A stretch of DNA of 64,000 nucleotides from SAR86 cluster bacterium (GTDB lineage Bacteria; Pseudomonadota; Gammaproteobacteria; Magnimaribacterales; AG-339-G14), in the NCBI GenBank assembly GCA_023703675.1, contig CP097974.1, forward strand, positions 661,288-725,287, in the 5' to 3' direction. Positions 1 through 10,008 of the stretch are shown in pieces. The notes under the pieces were generated by a model. It saw nothing but the letters and a program-made list of their open reading frames with translations. It made no database searches and was not told the DNA's origin. The translations under genes were made by a program, and so were the position numbers. Each line of letters begins with the position of its first letter. Position 1 is the stretch's first letter.

Positions 1-665
1 GAAATCGACCAAATGACCTAGAAACGCTTTGGAAAGCAGTTATTGGTCAAGATAACGTTTATGCTGGAGAGGTTGATCCCTCCAATCAACTTGCAGGTTG
101 GGATCTAAAATATGATTTTTTTCTAAAAGATAAAATGTTCACTACTTACGTTCAAAATATCGGAGAAGACGGTGATTTTGGAAGATATTTCATCTCTAAA
201 GAAATTGTAGTTTTAGGTTTGGAATTGAAATACCTAAAAGAAGGGCTTTTAAAATCCTATGGATTGGAATTTTCAAACACTATTGGAGATTATGGTCTTT
301 TATATAATGTGAACTATGAACATTTTAATTATAAGACAGGTTATCGTTACAGAAACCTTCCCATAGGAGCTTTTACGGATAATGACTCTTTGTTTTTAAA
401 TTTTAAATTTATTTCTGAAATCAATAGTAAATTCAGGTACTCATCAAATCTGTTTTATGGAAAATTAAACCGTGATGGATCGGGTCAAAATGTCTGGGGA
501 AATCAGAAATCCAAAGTGCTAGGATTTAAATCAAAAATAAATTACTTGATTTCTGATAGTTTATCTCTTGAAACAAATGTAATCCTTAAAGATAGTGAAT
601 TATTCCTTCTAGATAATAAACTCGATAAAAATTCAATAAATCTTGCGTTACATTACAGTTTTTAA
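1..665 (+). CDS. outer-membrane beta-barrel protein, probably capsule-assembly Wzi family; 5' end lies outside the window
   Basis: Frame 3 is open from nt 3 to the stop at 663-665, so the ATG at 135 in the ORF track is internal and the gene starts upstream of the window. 'SNQLAGWDLKY' and 'NIGEDGDFGRY' resemble, from memory, conserved Wzi motifs. The alternating beta-strand pattern and the terminal '...LALHYSF' (C-terminal Phe) fit an OM barrel. Confidence 0.45.
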   Translation, partial: NRPNDLETLWKAVIGQDNVYAGEVDPSNQLAGWDLKYDFFLKDKMFTTYVQNIGEDGDFGRYFISKEIVVLGLELKYLKEGLLKSYGLEFSNTIGDYGLLYNVNYEHFNYKTGYRYRNLPIGAFTDNDSLFLNFKFISEINSKFRYSSNLFYGKLNRDGSGQNVWGNQKSKVLGFKSKINYLISDSLSLETNVILKDSELFLLDNKLDKNSINLALHYSF

Positions 666-667
666 TG

Positions 668-698
668 TTGACATCGCTAACATAATACTTTTTAAAAT
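668..698 (+). promoter_or_regulatory. candidate sigma70-type promoter of the TetR gene (TTGACA, 19-nt spacer, TAAAAT)
   Basis: There is a perfect TTGACA at 668-673 and TAAAAT at 693-698. The -10 ends 5 nt before the ATG at 704. The spacer is longer than optimal, and AT-rich DNA yields -10-like hexamers by chance. Confidence 0.3.
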
Positions 699-703
699 AC
701 GTC

Positions 704-1315
704 ATGGCATATCATAGAGAAAATTTAAAACAAAAATTAATCGATCAAGCTTACAAAGCCATTAAAAAGGACGGAATCGAAACAATAAGTCTCAGACAAT
801 TAGCAAAAAAAGCTAAAGTTTCTCAAACCGCCCCATACAGACATTTTCAATCAAAGGACCATTTGCTTATAGAGGTTTGTTTGCAAGCTTTAAGTAATCT
901 TAGAGACCAAATCAATGCTATAGATTCTAAAAATCCGAGAACTAAAGCAATTAATGGAGCAATGGCATTTATTGACTTTGGGCTGAAAAACGAAAAAATT
1001 TATGATCTTATCCTTTCAACTATTTCAGGTGAATCTACTAAAGATCCTTTAAGAATCGCCTTGTTTGAATCAGCAGACTACACCTTCAACAATTTAAGAG
1101 ATCGAATTACTGCTGTGAAAAAAAAGAATAATTCACAAGCACAACTTGATGGAATTAAGGTTCACGCATTTACTACTGGTCTGCTTCAAGTGCTTAGAAC
1201 TACTAATAAAGTTAATATTTCTGGCGGTGGAGAGAGTTCGAAAGCTGTTCAAACTGCAAAATTACTAGATAAAAACTTAAAAAAAGTAATCTCAGAATTT
1301 ATTGACGCACTATAA
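704..1315 (+). CDS. TetR/AcrR family transcriptional regulator
   Basis: 203-aa ORF. The N-terminal helix-turn-helix 'ISLRQLAKKAKVSQTAPYRHFQSKDHLL' is the TetR signature. Confidence 0.85.
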   Translation: MAYHRENLKQKLIDQAYKAIKKDGIETISLRQLAKKAKVSQTAPYRHFQSKDHLLIEVCLQALSNLRDQINAIDSKNPRTKAINGAMAFIDFGLKNEKIYDLILSTISGESTKDPLRIALFESADYTFNNLRDRITAVKKKNNSQAQLDGIKVHAFTTGLLQVLRTTNKVNISGGGESSKAVQTAKLLDKNLKKVISEFIDAL

Positions 1316-1348
1316 ATTTTTAACACTCAACTTTAATGCCAATAAGCT

Positions 1349-2569
1349 TCAAAGCTTTGCAACTGCATCAAAAGCTTCGGAAGCTATTTTAATTATTAAA
1401 TTAACTTCTTCTTCCCCATGCGCCATTGATAGAAAGTGATTATGGTAACTAGTCAAATAAATACCTCTCGACAGGCACTCATCAGACCAAATTGAATGTA
1501 ATTTTTTATTTTCGTGTTTTATTCTAAAATACGGCATCGCAGGCACACCTGTAACTCTCAAGTCAAAACCGTGATCTTTTGCTATTGAAATTAACCCTTT
1601 TTTTAAAAGCTCACCATGATAATTCATACATTCAACAGCATTTTGTTTTTTTAATTCTTCTAAGGTTGCCTTTGAGGCTGCCATAGGAGCAGAATTAAAA
1701 AACTGAGTCCCACTAAAATAAACTTTATTAGCTGCATCTCTTAAGGAATCTTTACCGACCAAAGCGGAAATGGGATAACCGTTAGCAATTGCTTTTCCGA
1801 GACAGACAAGATCCGGAGAAAAATTAAAAGCTTTGTTGGATCCAGCTAAATTTATTCTAAAACCAGTTCTCACGTCGTCAACGATAATTAAAATATTTTT
1901 TTTATTACAAACTTTTTGAATATGCTCCCAGTAACCTTTATTTGGCAAAGAACTGTCTTTAGAAGTTGGATGATCGTATGGACTAGAAATAAAACAGGCA
2001 ATTTCATCACCGAAGTTCGAAATTGCTGAATCAAAATCTTCAATACTGTTCCATGGAATTGAAATTACTTCAGCTCTATCTGAATCTATTGTGCCCGCAC
2101 TTCCTTTGTCTTGCATCCAACCATTGGCTCCGTGATAGCCACCTGTAATTTTTAAAACTTTTTTTCTTCCAGTTTCTTCTCTAGAAATCATTACCGCTAA
2201 TTGAGTACTATCACCACCGTTTTTTCCAAACAATGCCCAATCGGCTATATCCACCATATCAACTAGTGTTTCAGCTAAATCAATCATTACAGGAGAAGCA
2301 ATACTTACTGTGTTGCCTGATGAATATTGAGACTGAGCTGCTTTATCAATAATAGGGTTGTTGTAACCGAGTATCATAGGGCCCCAACCACAAATTAAGT
2401 CAACGTATTTGTTGCCATCAACATCCCAAAAATAAGCGTCCTTAGCCTTTGAGAAGAATTTAGGCCCCTCTTCTCTTACAGCATATTTGTAGTGTCCAAA
2501 TATCCCTCCGGGGATAATTTCTTTGGCTCTAGAAAATAATTTATCTGAGGCTTCCTGTTTTAATTTCAT
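1349..2569 (-). CDS. class-III (GSA-aminomutase-like) PLP-dependent aminotransferase
   Basis: 406-aa ORF with 'IIPGG', 'GGYHG', 'DDVRTGFR' and the PLP-lysine context 'CLGKAIANGYP'. It is shorter and more divergent than canonical HemL, so it is not called hemL. Confidence 0.8.
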   Translation of the reverse strand: MKLKQEASDKLFSRAKEIIPGGIFGHYKYAVREEGPKFFSKAKDAYFWDVDGNKYVDLICGWGPMILGYNNPIIDKAAQSQYSSGNTVSIASPVMIDLAETLVDMVDIADWALFGKNGGDSTQLAVMISREETGRKKVLKITGGYHGANGWMQDKGSAGTIDSDRAEVISIPWNSIEDFDSAISNFGDEIACFISSPYDHPTSKDSSLPNKGYWEHIQKVCNKKNILIIVDDVRTGFRINLAGSNKAFNFSPDLVCLGKAIANGYPISALVGKDSLRDAANKVYFSGTQFFNSAPMAASKATLEELKKQNAVECMNYHGELLKKGLISIAKDHGFDLRVTGVPAMPYFRIKHENKKLHSIWSDECLSRGIYLTSYHNHFLSMAHGEEEVNLIIKIASEAFDAVAKL

Positions 2570-2592
2570 TAGAAGTTATTATATAAAATTAT

Positions 2593-2682
2593 GGCGGAGA
2601 GGGAGGGATTCGAACCCTCGATGCGGTATTACCACATACTCCCTTAGCAGGGGAGCGCTTTCAACCACTCAGCCACCTCTCC
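2593..2682 (-). tRNA. tRNA-Ser (anticodon GCT)
   Basis: Minus-strand read: GGAGAGGTGGCTGAGTGGTTGAAAGCGCTCCCCTGCTAAGGGAG...GAGGGTTCGAATCCCTCCCTCTCCGCCA. It is 90 nt with anticodon loop CT-GCT-AA, a long variable arm, a canonical T-arm and an encoded CCA. Confidence 0.92.
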
Positions 2683-2691
2683 TTAGATGCA

Positions 2692-2719
2692 ATTCTAGTT
2701 TTTTTAAACAGCTTGTCTA
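2692..2719 (-). promoter_or_regulatory. candidate promoter of tRNA-Ser, embedded in the 3' end of the GMC oxidoreductase gene (TAGACA, 16-nt spacer, TAGAAT)
   Basis: Minus-strand TAGACA lies at 2719-2714 inside the last codons '...IIRQAV*'. TAGAAT lies at 2697-2692, and its end is 9 nt upstream of the mature tRNA 5' end at 2682. Confidence 0.35.
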
Positions 2720-4329
2720 ATGATATCGGAGGCTTTTTCAGCAATCATAATTGAAGGAGCGTTAGTATTACCTCCAATTAAAGTTGGCATAATGGATGCA
2801 TCAACTACCCTCAGGTTATCAACTCCTCTTACTTTGAGATTGTCATCAACAACAGCAAGATCGTCGCTACCCATTTTACAAGTCCCTACTGGGTGATAAA
2901 GAGTTTCACCAGTATTCTTAATCCAGGCATCTAGTTCATCATCGTTATCAACATTAACATCTAAACCTGGTTTTGATCGGTCTCCTCTATATTCATCAAA
3001 AGCTGCCTGCATAAAAACTCTTATAGTCTCTCTAGTTGCGTTTCTTGTATCGATTAGATCTTGTTCTTCAGAAAGATAATTAGGAAACATCAAAGGAGCA
3101 TCATCTGGATTTGAGCTTTTTAATTCTAAGTGACCCCTACTTTGCGGTCTCAAAATGCATATAACTCCACTGAATCCATGATTCGAATCTATACCATCTC
3201 TTCCATGTAAATCGGTGGAATGAAAAGAAGCATAATGTATTTGAGTGTCTGGAATATCTTTTTCAGGACTTGATTTAAAAAATGCCCCTGCACTGGTGGG
3301 AGGAAAAGCAGCGTCTCCTGTCCCAAAAAGTAAATACTGTAAACCGGACAACTGTGTTTTTAAGAAACTTGCTGATTTATGCAAAGTTATGGGTTGCGTA
3401 CAATTGAAAGAATTAACCACTGCGTAATGATCTTGTAAGTTTTTCCCAACTCCCTTCAATTCATGCAAAACATTAATGCCATGCTTATTTAATTCCAAGG
3501 AATCTCCGATACCGCTATTCATCAATATTTGAGGTGAATTAATAGCTCCAGCGGATAAAATTACTTCTGCATTAGCTTTTACTGAAAAAGTCTTGCCTTT
3601 TTTAGAGTATTCCACTCCAACAGCTTTTTTTCCTTCAAATAAAATTTTATTTACTTGAACATTTGTCTCGGTTGCAAGATTTTTTCTCTTTAAGGCAGGA
3701 TGCAAATATGCTCGTGCAGAACTCCATCTTCTTGGGCCTCTTTTAGTGTCTGCCATCGTATGTTCATACCTTGAAAATCCTTCCTGATTTTTTCCATTGA
3801 AATCGTTCGTTAAAGGAAATCCTGCTTGTTCACCGGCTTCTACGAAGACATCTAATAACTTGTCATGAGTACTCTCAGATTTTTTTACACTTAAAGGACC
3901 ATCAAAACCATGATAATCGCTATCTCCATCTCCATTGAATGATTCAGCTTTTTTAAAATAAGGCAGAACGTCTTCGTATGACCAACCTGTGTTGCCTTGT
4001 TGACGCCATAGGTCATAATCGTATGCATGCCCTCTTATGTAAACCATTGCATTTATTGATGAGGATCCACCCCATCCTCTTCCTCTGGGCCAATAAAGTT
4101 TTCTATTATTTGTAGTTTCTTCTGGCTCTGTTTCAAATCCATAATTGGTAGCGCTTTTATTTGGCACGATTTGAGAATAGCCAGCGGGCATGTGAATAAA
4201 AAAGTTAGTATCTTTCCCTCCAGCTTCTAAAATTAATACACTTTTCTTTCCGTCTTCGGATAGTCGGTTTGCCATAACACAACCAGAACTTCCTGCTCCA
4301 ACAACTATATAATCAACCGTCCTATCCAT
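2704..4329 (-). CDS. GMC-family FAD oxidoreductase (choline/alcohol dehydrogenase-like)
   Basis: 541 aa. It has the N-terminal FAD fold '[21 protein letters not shown]', plus '[14 protein letters not shown]' and the C-terminal '[10 protein letters not shown]' GMC signature. No betB or betI is adjacent, so it is not called betA. Confidence 0.9.
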   Translation of the reverse strand: MDRTVDYIVVGAGSSGCVMANRLSEDGKKSVLILEAGGKDTNFFIHMPAGYSQIVPNKSATNYGFETEPEETTNNRKLYWPRGRGWGGSSSINAMVYIRGHAYDYDLWRQQGNTGWSYEDVLPYFKKAESFNGDGDSDYHGFDGPLSVKKSESTHDKLLDVFVEAGEQAGFPLTNDFNGKNQEGFSRYEHTMADTKRGPRRWSSARAYLHPALKRKNLATETNVQVNKILFEGKKAVGVEYSKKGKTFSVKANAEVILSAGAINSPQILMNSGIGDSLELNKHGINVLHELKGVGKNLQDHYAVVNSFNCTQPITLHKSASFLKTQLSGLQYLLFGTGDAAFPPTSAGAFFKSSPEKDIPDTQIHYASFHSTDLHGRDGIDSNHGFSGVICILRPQSRGHLELKSSNPDDAPLMFPNYLSEEQDLIDTRNATRETIRVFMQAAFDEYRGDRSKPGLDVNVDNDDELDAWIKNTGETLYHPVGTCKMGSDDLAVVDDNLKVRGVDNLRVVDASIMPTLIGGNTNAPSIMIAEKASDIIRQAV

Positions 4330-4347
4330 TTTTAATACTCCTTGTTC

Positions 4348-5565
4348 CTATTTATCTAATTCGAATTCATCGTGTAAGGCAATGACAGCTTCTTCTGCTT
4401 TATCCTTTGCAACCACTACAGAAATTTTTATCTCAGAAGTGGATATCATGTCAATGTTTATTTTTTTATTCGCTAAGGCACCAAACATTTGAGCAGCCAC
4501 TCCAGCATGAGATTTCATGCCAACTCCGACCACTGAAACTTTACTGACGTCTTTAACTAACTCAACTTCTCCGCCTCCAAAGCCTTCAGTTAAATCTTTT
4601 AAAATTTTTGCAGCTTTCTCAGATAAATCATTTTTAACAGTAAATGTGAAATCCGTAGATTTGTCAGAACCTACATTTTGAACGATAACGTCTACATCTA
4701 TCCCTGCTTCACTAATTGGAGAAAGAATCTTTGCAGCTATCCCTGGAGTATCTGGAACATTTCTCAAAATAATTTTCGAATCATCATTACTACAAGTAAT
4801 GCCAGAAATTACTGCACTTTCTAAGCTATTATCTTCTTTTGTAATCAAAGTTCCTCCGGATTTATTAAAACTTGAGAGCACCCTCAAAGGCATTTGGTAC
4901 TTGCTTGCAAATTCAACCGATCTAATTTGTAAGACTTTAGCACCTAAACTCGAAAGTTCTAACATTTCTTCAAAACAAATCTTGTCTATTTTTTTTGCCT
5001 TTTTATAGACATTGGGATCGGTAGTATAAACTCCATCCACATCAGTATAAATTTGACACTCCTTGGCATCGAGTGCGACAGCAAGTGCAACTGCAGTTGT
5101 GTCGGAACCTCCTCTACCTAATGTAGTAATATCTCCTTGAGTATTAATGCCTTGAAAGCCAGTGATCACAGGAACTATCCCTGATTCGATATCATTTTTT
5201 AAAGAATCAATATTAATAGAATTAATTCTTGCCTTTCCATGAACGTTATCAGTTTTTAAACCTAGTTGATACGCAGTATAGGATTTTGACAAAAAATTTC
5301 TTTCTTTAAGTGCAATTGCCAATAGAGCTGCTGAAACTTGCTCGCCCGAAGAAACCAAAGCATCAAATTCTCTTGGATCAGGTTCTGCTTGAATCTCTTT
5401 TGCAAGATCAATTAATCTTTGCGTTTCTCCCGCCATTGCTGAAACTACTACAGCAACGTTTACTCCATTATTTATAGACTCAACAACAATATCTGCTACT
5501 GCCTGAAATCTTTCAGTGTTTGCAACAGAGGTTCCACCATATTTTTGTACTACAAGATTATTCAT
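4348..5565 (-). CDS. lysC: aspartate kinase
   Basis: 405 aa with 'VQKYGGTSV' and 'LGRGGSDTTA', and two C-terminal ACT-like repeats. Confidence 0.92.
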   Translation of the reverse strand: MNNLVVQKYGGTSVANTERFQAVADIVVESINNGVNVAVVVSAMAGETQRLIDLAKEIQAEPDPREFDALVSSGEQVSAALLAIALKERNFLSKSYTAYQLGLKTDNVHGKARINSINIDSLKNDIESGIVPVITGFQGINTQGDITTLGRGGSDTTAVALAVALDAKECQIYTDVDGVYTTDPNVYKKAKKIDKICFEEMLELSSLGAKVLQIRSVEFASKYQMPLRVLSSFNKSGGTLITKEDNSLESAVISGITCSNDDSKIILRNVPDTPGIAAKILSPISEAGIDVDVIVQNVGSDKSTDFTFTVKNDLSEKAAKILKDLTEGFGGGEVELVKDVSKVSVVGVGMKSHAGVAAQMFGALANKKINIDMISTSEIKISVVVAKDKAEEAVIALHDEFELDK

Positions 5566-5570
5566 TTTTA

Positions 5571-8159
5571 TTAAGAAGAGATTAACAATCGAACTTCTTC
5601 AAACACTCTATCCAAAACTTCTATTGAGTCTCCACCAGCTTGTGCGTAATCGTCTTTTCCTCCTCCTTTAAAATTAAATTTCGTTGAAAGGGAGTTTAAA
5701 ATATCTTTGGCGCTATAAGTTCCAAATAAATCTTTAGTGACAGAAACTACAATCTGAGCTTTAGAATTATTTTCTCCAACTAAAATAATAATTGCTTTAG
5801 GTGTCTTATTCTTCAAGTTATCCAAATTTCCTCTTAATGAAGATAAATTTAATCCATCAATTCTTTGCATCAAAACATTCATTTCATTAATCTTTTCAAA
5901 ATTTGATTCAAAATGTTTTTCAAGGTTCATATTATTTATATTTTCAAAATCTTTAAATTTTTTTTGAAATAGGTCAATTACCTTTTTACTCTCTTTAACT
6001 TTTCTATCTAATTCACTTACCGATACTCCAAAAGAATCAGCTATTTTTTTTATCTCATTACTTTCCTCTTTCAAAAGTAAATTTGCTTCATTACCTGTAA
6101 CAGCTTCTATCCTTCTGACTCCAGAAGATATACTTGATTCGGATACAATTTTGAAATTTTCAATTTGGCCAGTTTTCTCAACGTGAGTTCCCCCACAAAG
6201 CTCAGTCGAATAATCTCCACCGATTTTTAATACTCTTACCGTTTCTCCGTATTTATCTCCAAAAAATGCTAAAGCTCCCATTTTGATTGCCTCATCAAAA
6301 GAGGTCTCAAAAATTTCTGTAGCAATATCCTTTTTTATAATTTCGTTTACTTGGTCTTCTATAAGTTTAATTTCATCGGAACTAACAGCTTTGGAGTGTG
6401 AAAAATCAAATCTAAGCTTTTCCTCATTTACTAATGAACCCTTTTGTTGAACATGCGTTCCCAAAACATTCCTTAAAGCAGCATGCATCAAATGGGTGGC
6501 TGAGTGATTTAAAACGATCTTGTCTCTTCTTTCTTTTTCGATTTCAATCTCTACCAAATCATTTTCAGAAAATGAACCATCTAAAATCCTACATAAGTGA
6601 ATATGTTGACTACCCATTTTCTTAGTATCAAAAATTTCTCCGGAACCATTCGCAGCATAGACTTTTCCACTGTCTCCTACTTGGCCTCCTGATTCAGCAT
6701 AAAAAGGTGTCTCATTAAAAATTATTGCACATTCACCCTCGGTAGCTAGTTTAGTTTGTATGCCATCTTGAAAGATAATTTTTATTTCAGCTTTTGCGCT
6801 ATCATCTTCGTATCCTATAAATTTAGTGTCTTCAACAAGATCAATGGAACTTGGCAATAAAGATTCAAATGAACTACTTTCTTTTGCTCTAGTTTTTTGT
6901 TGATTCATTAACTCATCGTAACCCTTCACATCTACTTCTAAATTCATCTCTCTTGCAAAATCTAAAGTCATATCTAATGGAAATCCATATGTGTCATATA
7001 GTTTGAAAGCTAATTCACCTGAAATTGATTTATTTTTTGAATTTTTAATTTCAGTTTCTAGAAGATTCATTCCTTGATTCAAAGTGACGTTAAATTTTAA
7101 TTCTTCTTCTACTAAAGCATCTCGTATTAATGATTCATTTTTTTTTAACTCAGGGTATAGTTCTTTGTAAAGATTAACCACAAAAGGAACTAAGCTCGAC
7201 AAGGTATTAACATGTTTATCATTAAGCTTATATCCATGCCTTAAAGCTCTTCTTACTATTCTTCTCAAAACATAATTTCTTCCTTCATTTCCAATCGAAA
7301 CTCCATCTGAAATCATGAAACAAGACGCTCTCAAGTGATCTGCGATTACTCTTAAAGAAGAATTTGATAAATCTTTTTCCGAACAAGCATTAGCTATTTC
7401 GTTTATAAGAGGTTTAAATAGGTCAGTTTCATAGTTATCCGGAGTGTTTTGCAGAACCGCGCAAATTCTCTCGAAACCCATTCCTGTGTCTACAGAAGGT
7501 TTTGGTAAAGAATTTAGATTGCCTTCGAGGTCTCTATTAAATTGCATGAAAACTAAATTGTAAATTTCAACAAATCTTTCGCCAGTTTCTTTGCCTTCTT
7601 CGGGAGAATTCCCTTCTAAATGCTCACCATGATCATAAAAAATTTCGCTGCATGGTCCACAAGGACCTGTCTCCCCCATTGACCAAAAATTATCCTCACT
7701 CAACTTTGAAAGTCTTGTTTTATCAATTCCAATTTTATTAATCCAAATCTTTTCTGACTCCGCATCGCTTTCATGTACTGTTACCCAAAGCTTTTCCTCA
7801 GGTAAATTGTAATGTTTCGTTAAAAGTTCCCACGCAAATGCTATAGCATCTTCTTTGAAGTAATCGCCAAAACTAAAATTACCCAACATCTCAAAAAAAG
7901 TATGATGTCTGAGAGTGTATCCTACGTTCTCAAGGTCATTATGTTTCCCGCCTGCTCGTATACATTTTTGAGCACTAGTTGCTCTTAGATAGTTTATTTT
8001 TTCTGCTCCCAAGAATACATCTTTAAATTGAATCATTCCGGCGTTAGTAAACATCAAGGACTTATCATTATTTGGCACGATACTGGAGCTAGGAACTAGC
8101 TTATGATTTTTCTCAGAAAAAAAATCCAAGAATGTTTTCCGAACTGAGAGAGAATTCAT
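5571..8159 (-). CDS. alaS: alanine--tRNA ligase
   Basis: 862 aa with 'FTNAGMIQFKDVF' and 'HHTFFEMLGNFSFGDYFK'. The editing domain has 'HSATHLMHAAL' and 'CGGTHV'. Confidence 0.97.
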   Translation of the reverse strand: MNSLSVRKTFLDFFSEKNHKLVPSSSIVPNNDKSLMFTNAGMIQFKDVFLGAEKINYLRATSAQKCIRAGGKHNDLENVGYTLRHHTFFEMLGNFSFGDYFKEDAIAFAWELLTKHYNLPEEKLWVTVHESDAESEKIWINKIGIDKTRLSKLSEDNFWSMGETGPCGPCSEIFYDHGEHLEGNSPEEGKETGERFVEIYNLVFMQFNRDLEGNLNSLPKPSVDTGMGFERICAVLQNTPDNYETDLFKPLINEIANACSEKDLSNSSLRVIADHLRASCFMISDGVSIGNEGRNYVLRRIVRRALRHGYKLNDKHVNTLSSLVPFVVNLYKELYPELKKNESLIRDALVEEELKFNVTLNQGMNLLETEIKNSKNKSISGELAFKLYDTYGFPLDMTLDFAREMNLEVDVKGYDELMNQQKTRAKESSSFESLLPSSIDLVEDTKFIGYEDDSAKAEIKIIFQDGIQTKLATEGECAIIFNETPFYAESGGQVGDSGKVYAANGSGEIFDTKKMGSQHIHLCRILDGSFSENDLVEIEIEKERRDKIVLNHSATHLMHAALRNVLGTHVQQKGSLVNEEKLRFDFSHSKAVSSDEIKLIEDQVNEIIKKDIATEIFETSFDEAIKMGALAFFGDKYGETVRVLKIGGDYSTELCGGTHVEKTGQIENFKIVSESSISSGVRRIEAVTGNEANLLLKEESNEIKKIADSFGVSVSELDRKVKESKKVIDLFQKKFKDFENINNMNLEKHFESNFEKINEMNVLMQRIDGLNLSSLRGNLDNLKNKTPKAIIILVGENNSKAQIVVSVTKDLFGTYSAKDILNSLSTKFNFKGGGKDDYAQAGGDSIEVLDRVFEEVRLLISS

Positions 8160-8163
8160 TTAC

Positions 8164-8865
8164 TCAAAAAATCTCTTGAAGGATATCTTTTAGCATTTTC
8201 CAAGATCTTTCATCGGCTTCCTTTGAATATACTGTTCCAAAATCAGGATCGTTGGCTTCAGGATTAGTAAACGAGTGCATAGCGTTTCCAAAAATATGCA
8301 ATTGCCAGTCAACATTTTTTTCGGTCATTTCGGTACTAAAAGAATCAATTTGATCTTGACCAACCATTGGATCTTGCAACCCATGAAGAGCTAAAACTTT
8401 TGCCCCTATTGAAGCATTATTTCCATTTTCTGGCCCAGCCAGAAATCCATGAAAACTTATGGCCCCTTTGAGATCCTCTTTTAATCTTGCCAAGTCCAGC
8501 GCTACTAATCCACCGAAGCAATAACCCATTATTGCTATCTCACTAGAATTTACTTCTTCGAGGCTCTGGACATATTCTGACGCCCCAAGGACTCTTTTAG
8601 CCAGTTCATCTCGGTCATCAAGCAAAGGTTGCATTAAAGCAGAATTTTCTTCCACTGATGAACCATTTTTTCCTTCGCCATACATATCTAAGGCAAAAGC
8701 ATGATAACCAAGTTTTGATAATTCCTTTGCCTTGTTATTTACAAAGTCATCTCTACCCGCCCAAGCATGCGCTATCAAAACGCAAGGGGCGTTCTGTTCT
8801 CCAGAACTTGCAAAAAAACCTTTATAACTTTTTCCATCAATTTCATAAGTATGTATTTCAGACAT
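8164..8865 (-). CDS. dienelactone hydrolase family alpha/beta hydrolase
   Basis: 233 aa with the nucleophile elbow 'GYCFGG' (Cys-type, as in DLH) and a C-terminal 'HSF' histidine region. Confidence 0.7.
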   Translation of the reverse strand: MSEIHTYEIDGKSYKGFFASSGEQNAPCVLIAHAWAGRDDFVNNKAKELSKLGYHAFALDMYGEGKNGSSVEENSALMQPLLDDRDELAKRVLGASEYVQSLEEVNSSEIAIMGYCFGGLVALDLARLKEDLKGAISFHGFLAGPENGNNASIGAKVLALHGLQDPMVGQDQIDSFSTEMTEKNVDWQLHIFGNAMHSFTNPEANDPDFGTVYSKEADERSWKMLKDILQEIF

Positions 8866-8867
8866 AT

Positions 8868-9389
8868 TTATTTCTCCATTAAATTTTTTTTAAAATTCTT
8901 ATAATTGCTTACGTAATGACTTGCAGAGCCTTTCAGGATTTCTTCCATTTCGGGACCCAATTCTTTTTTTACTTTTGCTGGAGAGCCCATGACTAGAGAA
9001 TTGTCTGGTATTTCAGATCCCTCGGTCACTAAACTATTAGCGCCAATCAAACAATTCTGTCCAATTTTCGCCCCATTAAGAATTACGCTATTAATGCCTA
9101 TTAGACTATTGTCGCCAATAGAACATCCATGCAACATAACTTTATGACCAACAGTTACATTTTTTCCAATAATGAGTGGATGTCCTGGATCAGCATGAAG
9201 CACAGATAAATCTTGGATATTTGTATTTTCACCAATTTTAATATCTTCTACATCTCCTCTAATTACTGCTCCGAACCAAACACTTACATGTTTATCTAAA
9301 AAAACTCTTCCCATAACGCTTGCAGACGGAGCTATGAAAAAATCATCTCCAGCGGTTTGAACACTGTTGTCACCTAATTTGTAAATCAT
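8868..9389 (-). CDS. gamma-carbonic-anhydrase-like left-handed beta-helix (hexapeptide repeat) protein
   Basis: 173 aa with hexapeptide repeats throughout. '[27 protein letters not shown]' matches the YrdA/PaaY/CaiE family His pattern. Confidence 0.8.
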   Translation of the reverse strand: MIYKLGDNSVQTAGDDFFIAPSASVMGRVFLDKHVSVWFGAVIRGDVEDIKIGENTNIQDLSVLHADPGHPLIIGKNVTVGHKVMLHGCSIGDNSLIGINSVILNGAKIGQNCLIGANSLVTEGSEIPDNSLVMGSPAKVKKELGPEMEEILKGSASHYVSNYKNFKKNLMEK

Positions 9390-9948
9390 TTTTAAATTTT
9401 ATTCCAAACAACTTCAAGAAATCTAGGGTAAACGCAAGAGTCAAACCCCATATTTCGTGATCTTCATAAATTATAACAGGCGTATCAAAAGTCTCTCCCT
9501 TAAAATTTGTCACACCCTGTTTTATTAAAGGATTGTTACCAAAAAATGAAACTGGTAAATGAAAAATTTCTGCAACTTCGCTTGGATTTGCTTTTAGATG
9601 GAATTCTTTATCTATTAAACCAACGAAAGGGGTTACGCTCAGTCCAAATCTGGATTCTAGTGGATTTAATTGCCCAAGGACTTTTACAGCATTTGGGTCC
9701 ATAGATATTTCTTCTGCAGCTTCTCTCAAAGCTGTTTGCATTAAATTTTCATCTTGTTCCTCTTTTTTCCCGCCTGGAAAGGCTACTTCGCCTGGATGAC
9801 TGGGCAAGGTGCTAGCTCTCTCAGTCATAATAAAAAAAAGATCATCTTGTTTTTGATAACATAAAATGATGACAGCAGCTTGTGGCAATTTTTGATCAGG
9901 TTTTCTTAGCTCAATGCTATTTAAACTTTGTTTCAATTTTTCTAACAT
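9370..9948 (-). CDS. nudL: NUDIX hydrolase, CoA pyrophosphatase type
   Basis: 192 aa. '[25 protein letters not shown]...[11 protein letters not shown]' combines the Nudix box with the upstream CoA-pyrophosphatase motif. It overlaps the next gene by 20 nt. Confidence 0.7.
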   Translation of the reverse strand: MLEKLKQSLNSIELRKPDQKLPQAAVIILCYQKQDDLFFIMTERASTLPSHPGEVAFPGGKKEEQDENLMQTALREAAEEISMDPNAVKVLGQLNPLESRFGLSVTPFVGLIDKEFHLKANPSEVAEIFHLPVSFFGNNPLIKQGVTNFKGETFDTPVIIYEDHEIWGLTLAFTLDFLKLFGIKFKNDLQIR

Positions 9949-10008
9949 TTGTAATACACCTTACATCAATTATACTTTGCTTCCTTAAGATAATTACCGA
10001 GATCAAAA

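Noticed and set aside
2593-2682. tRNA genes (also 16475-16550) as possible integration sites of genomic islands.
   Set aside because: There is no integrase and no direct repeat of either tRNA 3' end nearby. The flanking genes are ordinary metabolic or repair genes with the same composition as the rest of the window.
2523-2720. A 65-aa plus-strand ORF spanning the aminotransferase start, tRNA-Ser and the GMC gene end.
   Set aside because: It is read straight through the reverse complement of a tRNA gene and two coding ends. It has no RBS or motif and is an artefact of the GC-richer tRNA.
4348-5570. An expected lysine riboswitch upstream of lysC, and leader peptides upstream of the leu and trp genes.
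   Set aside because: lysC starts 5 nt after alaS, leuC 5 nt after aroC and trpF 6 nt after truA. There is no room for any leader RNA.
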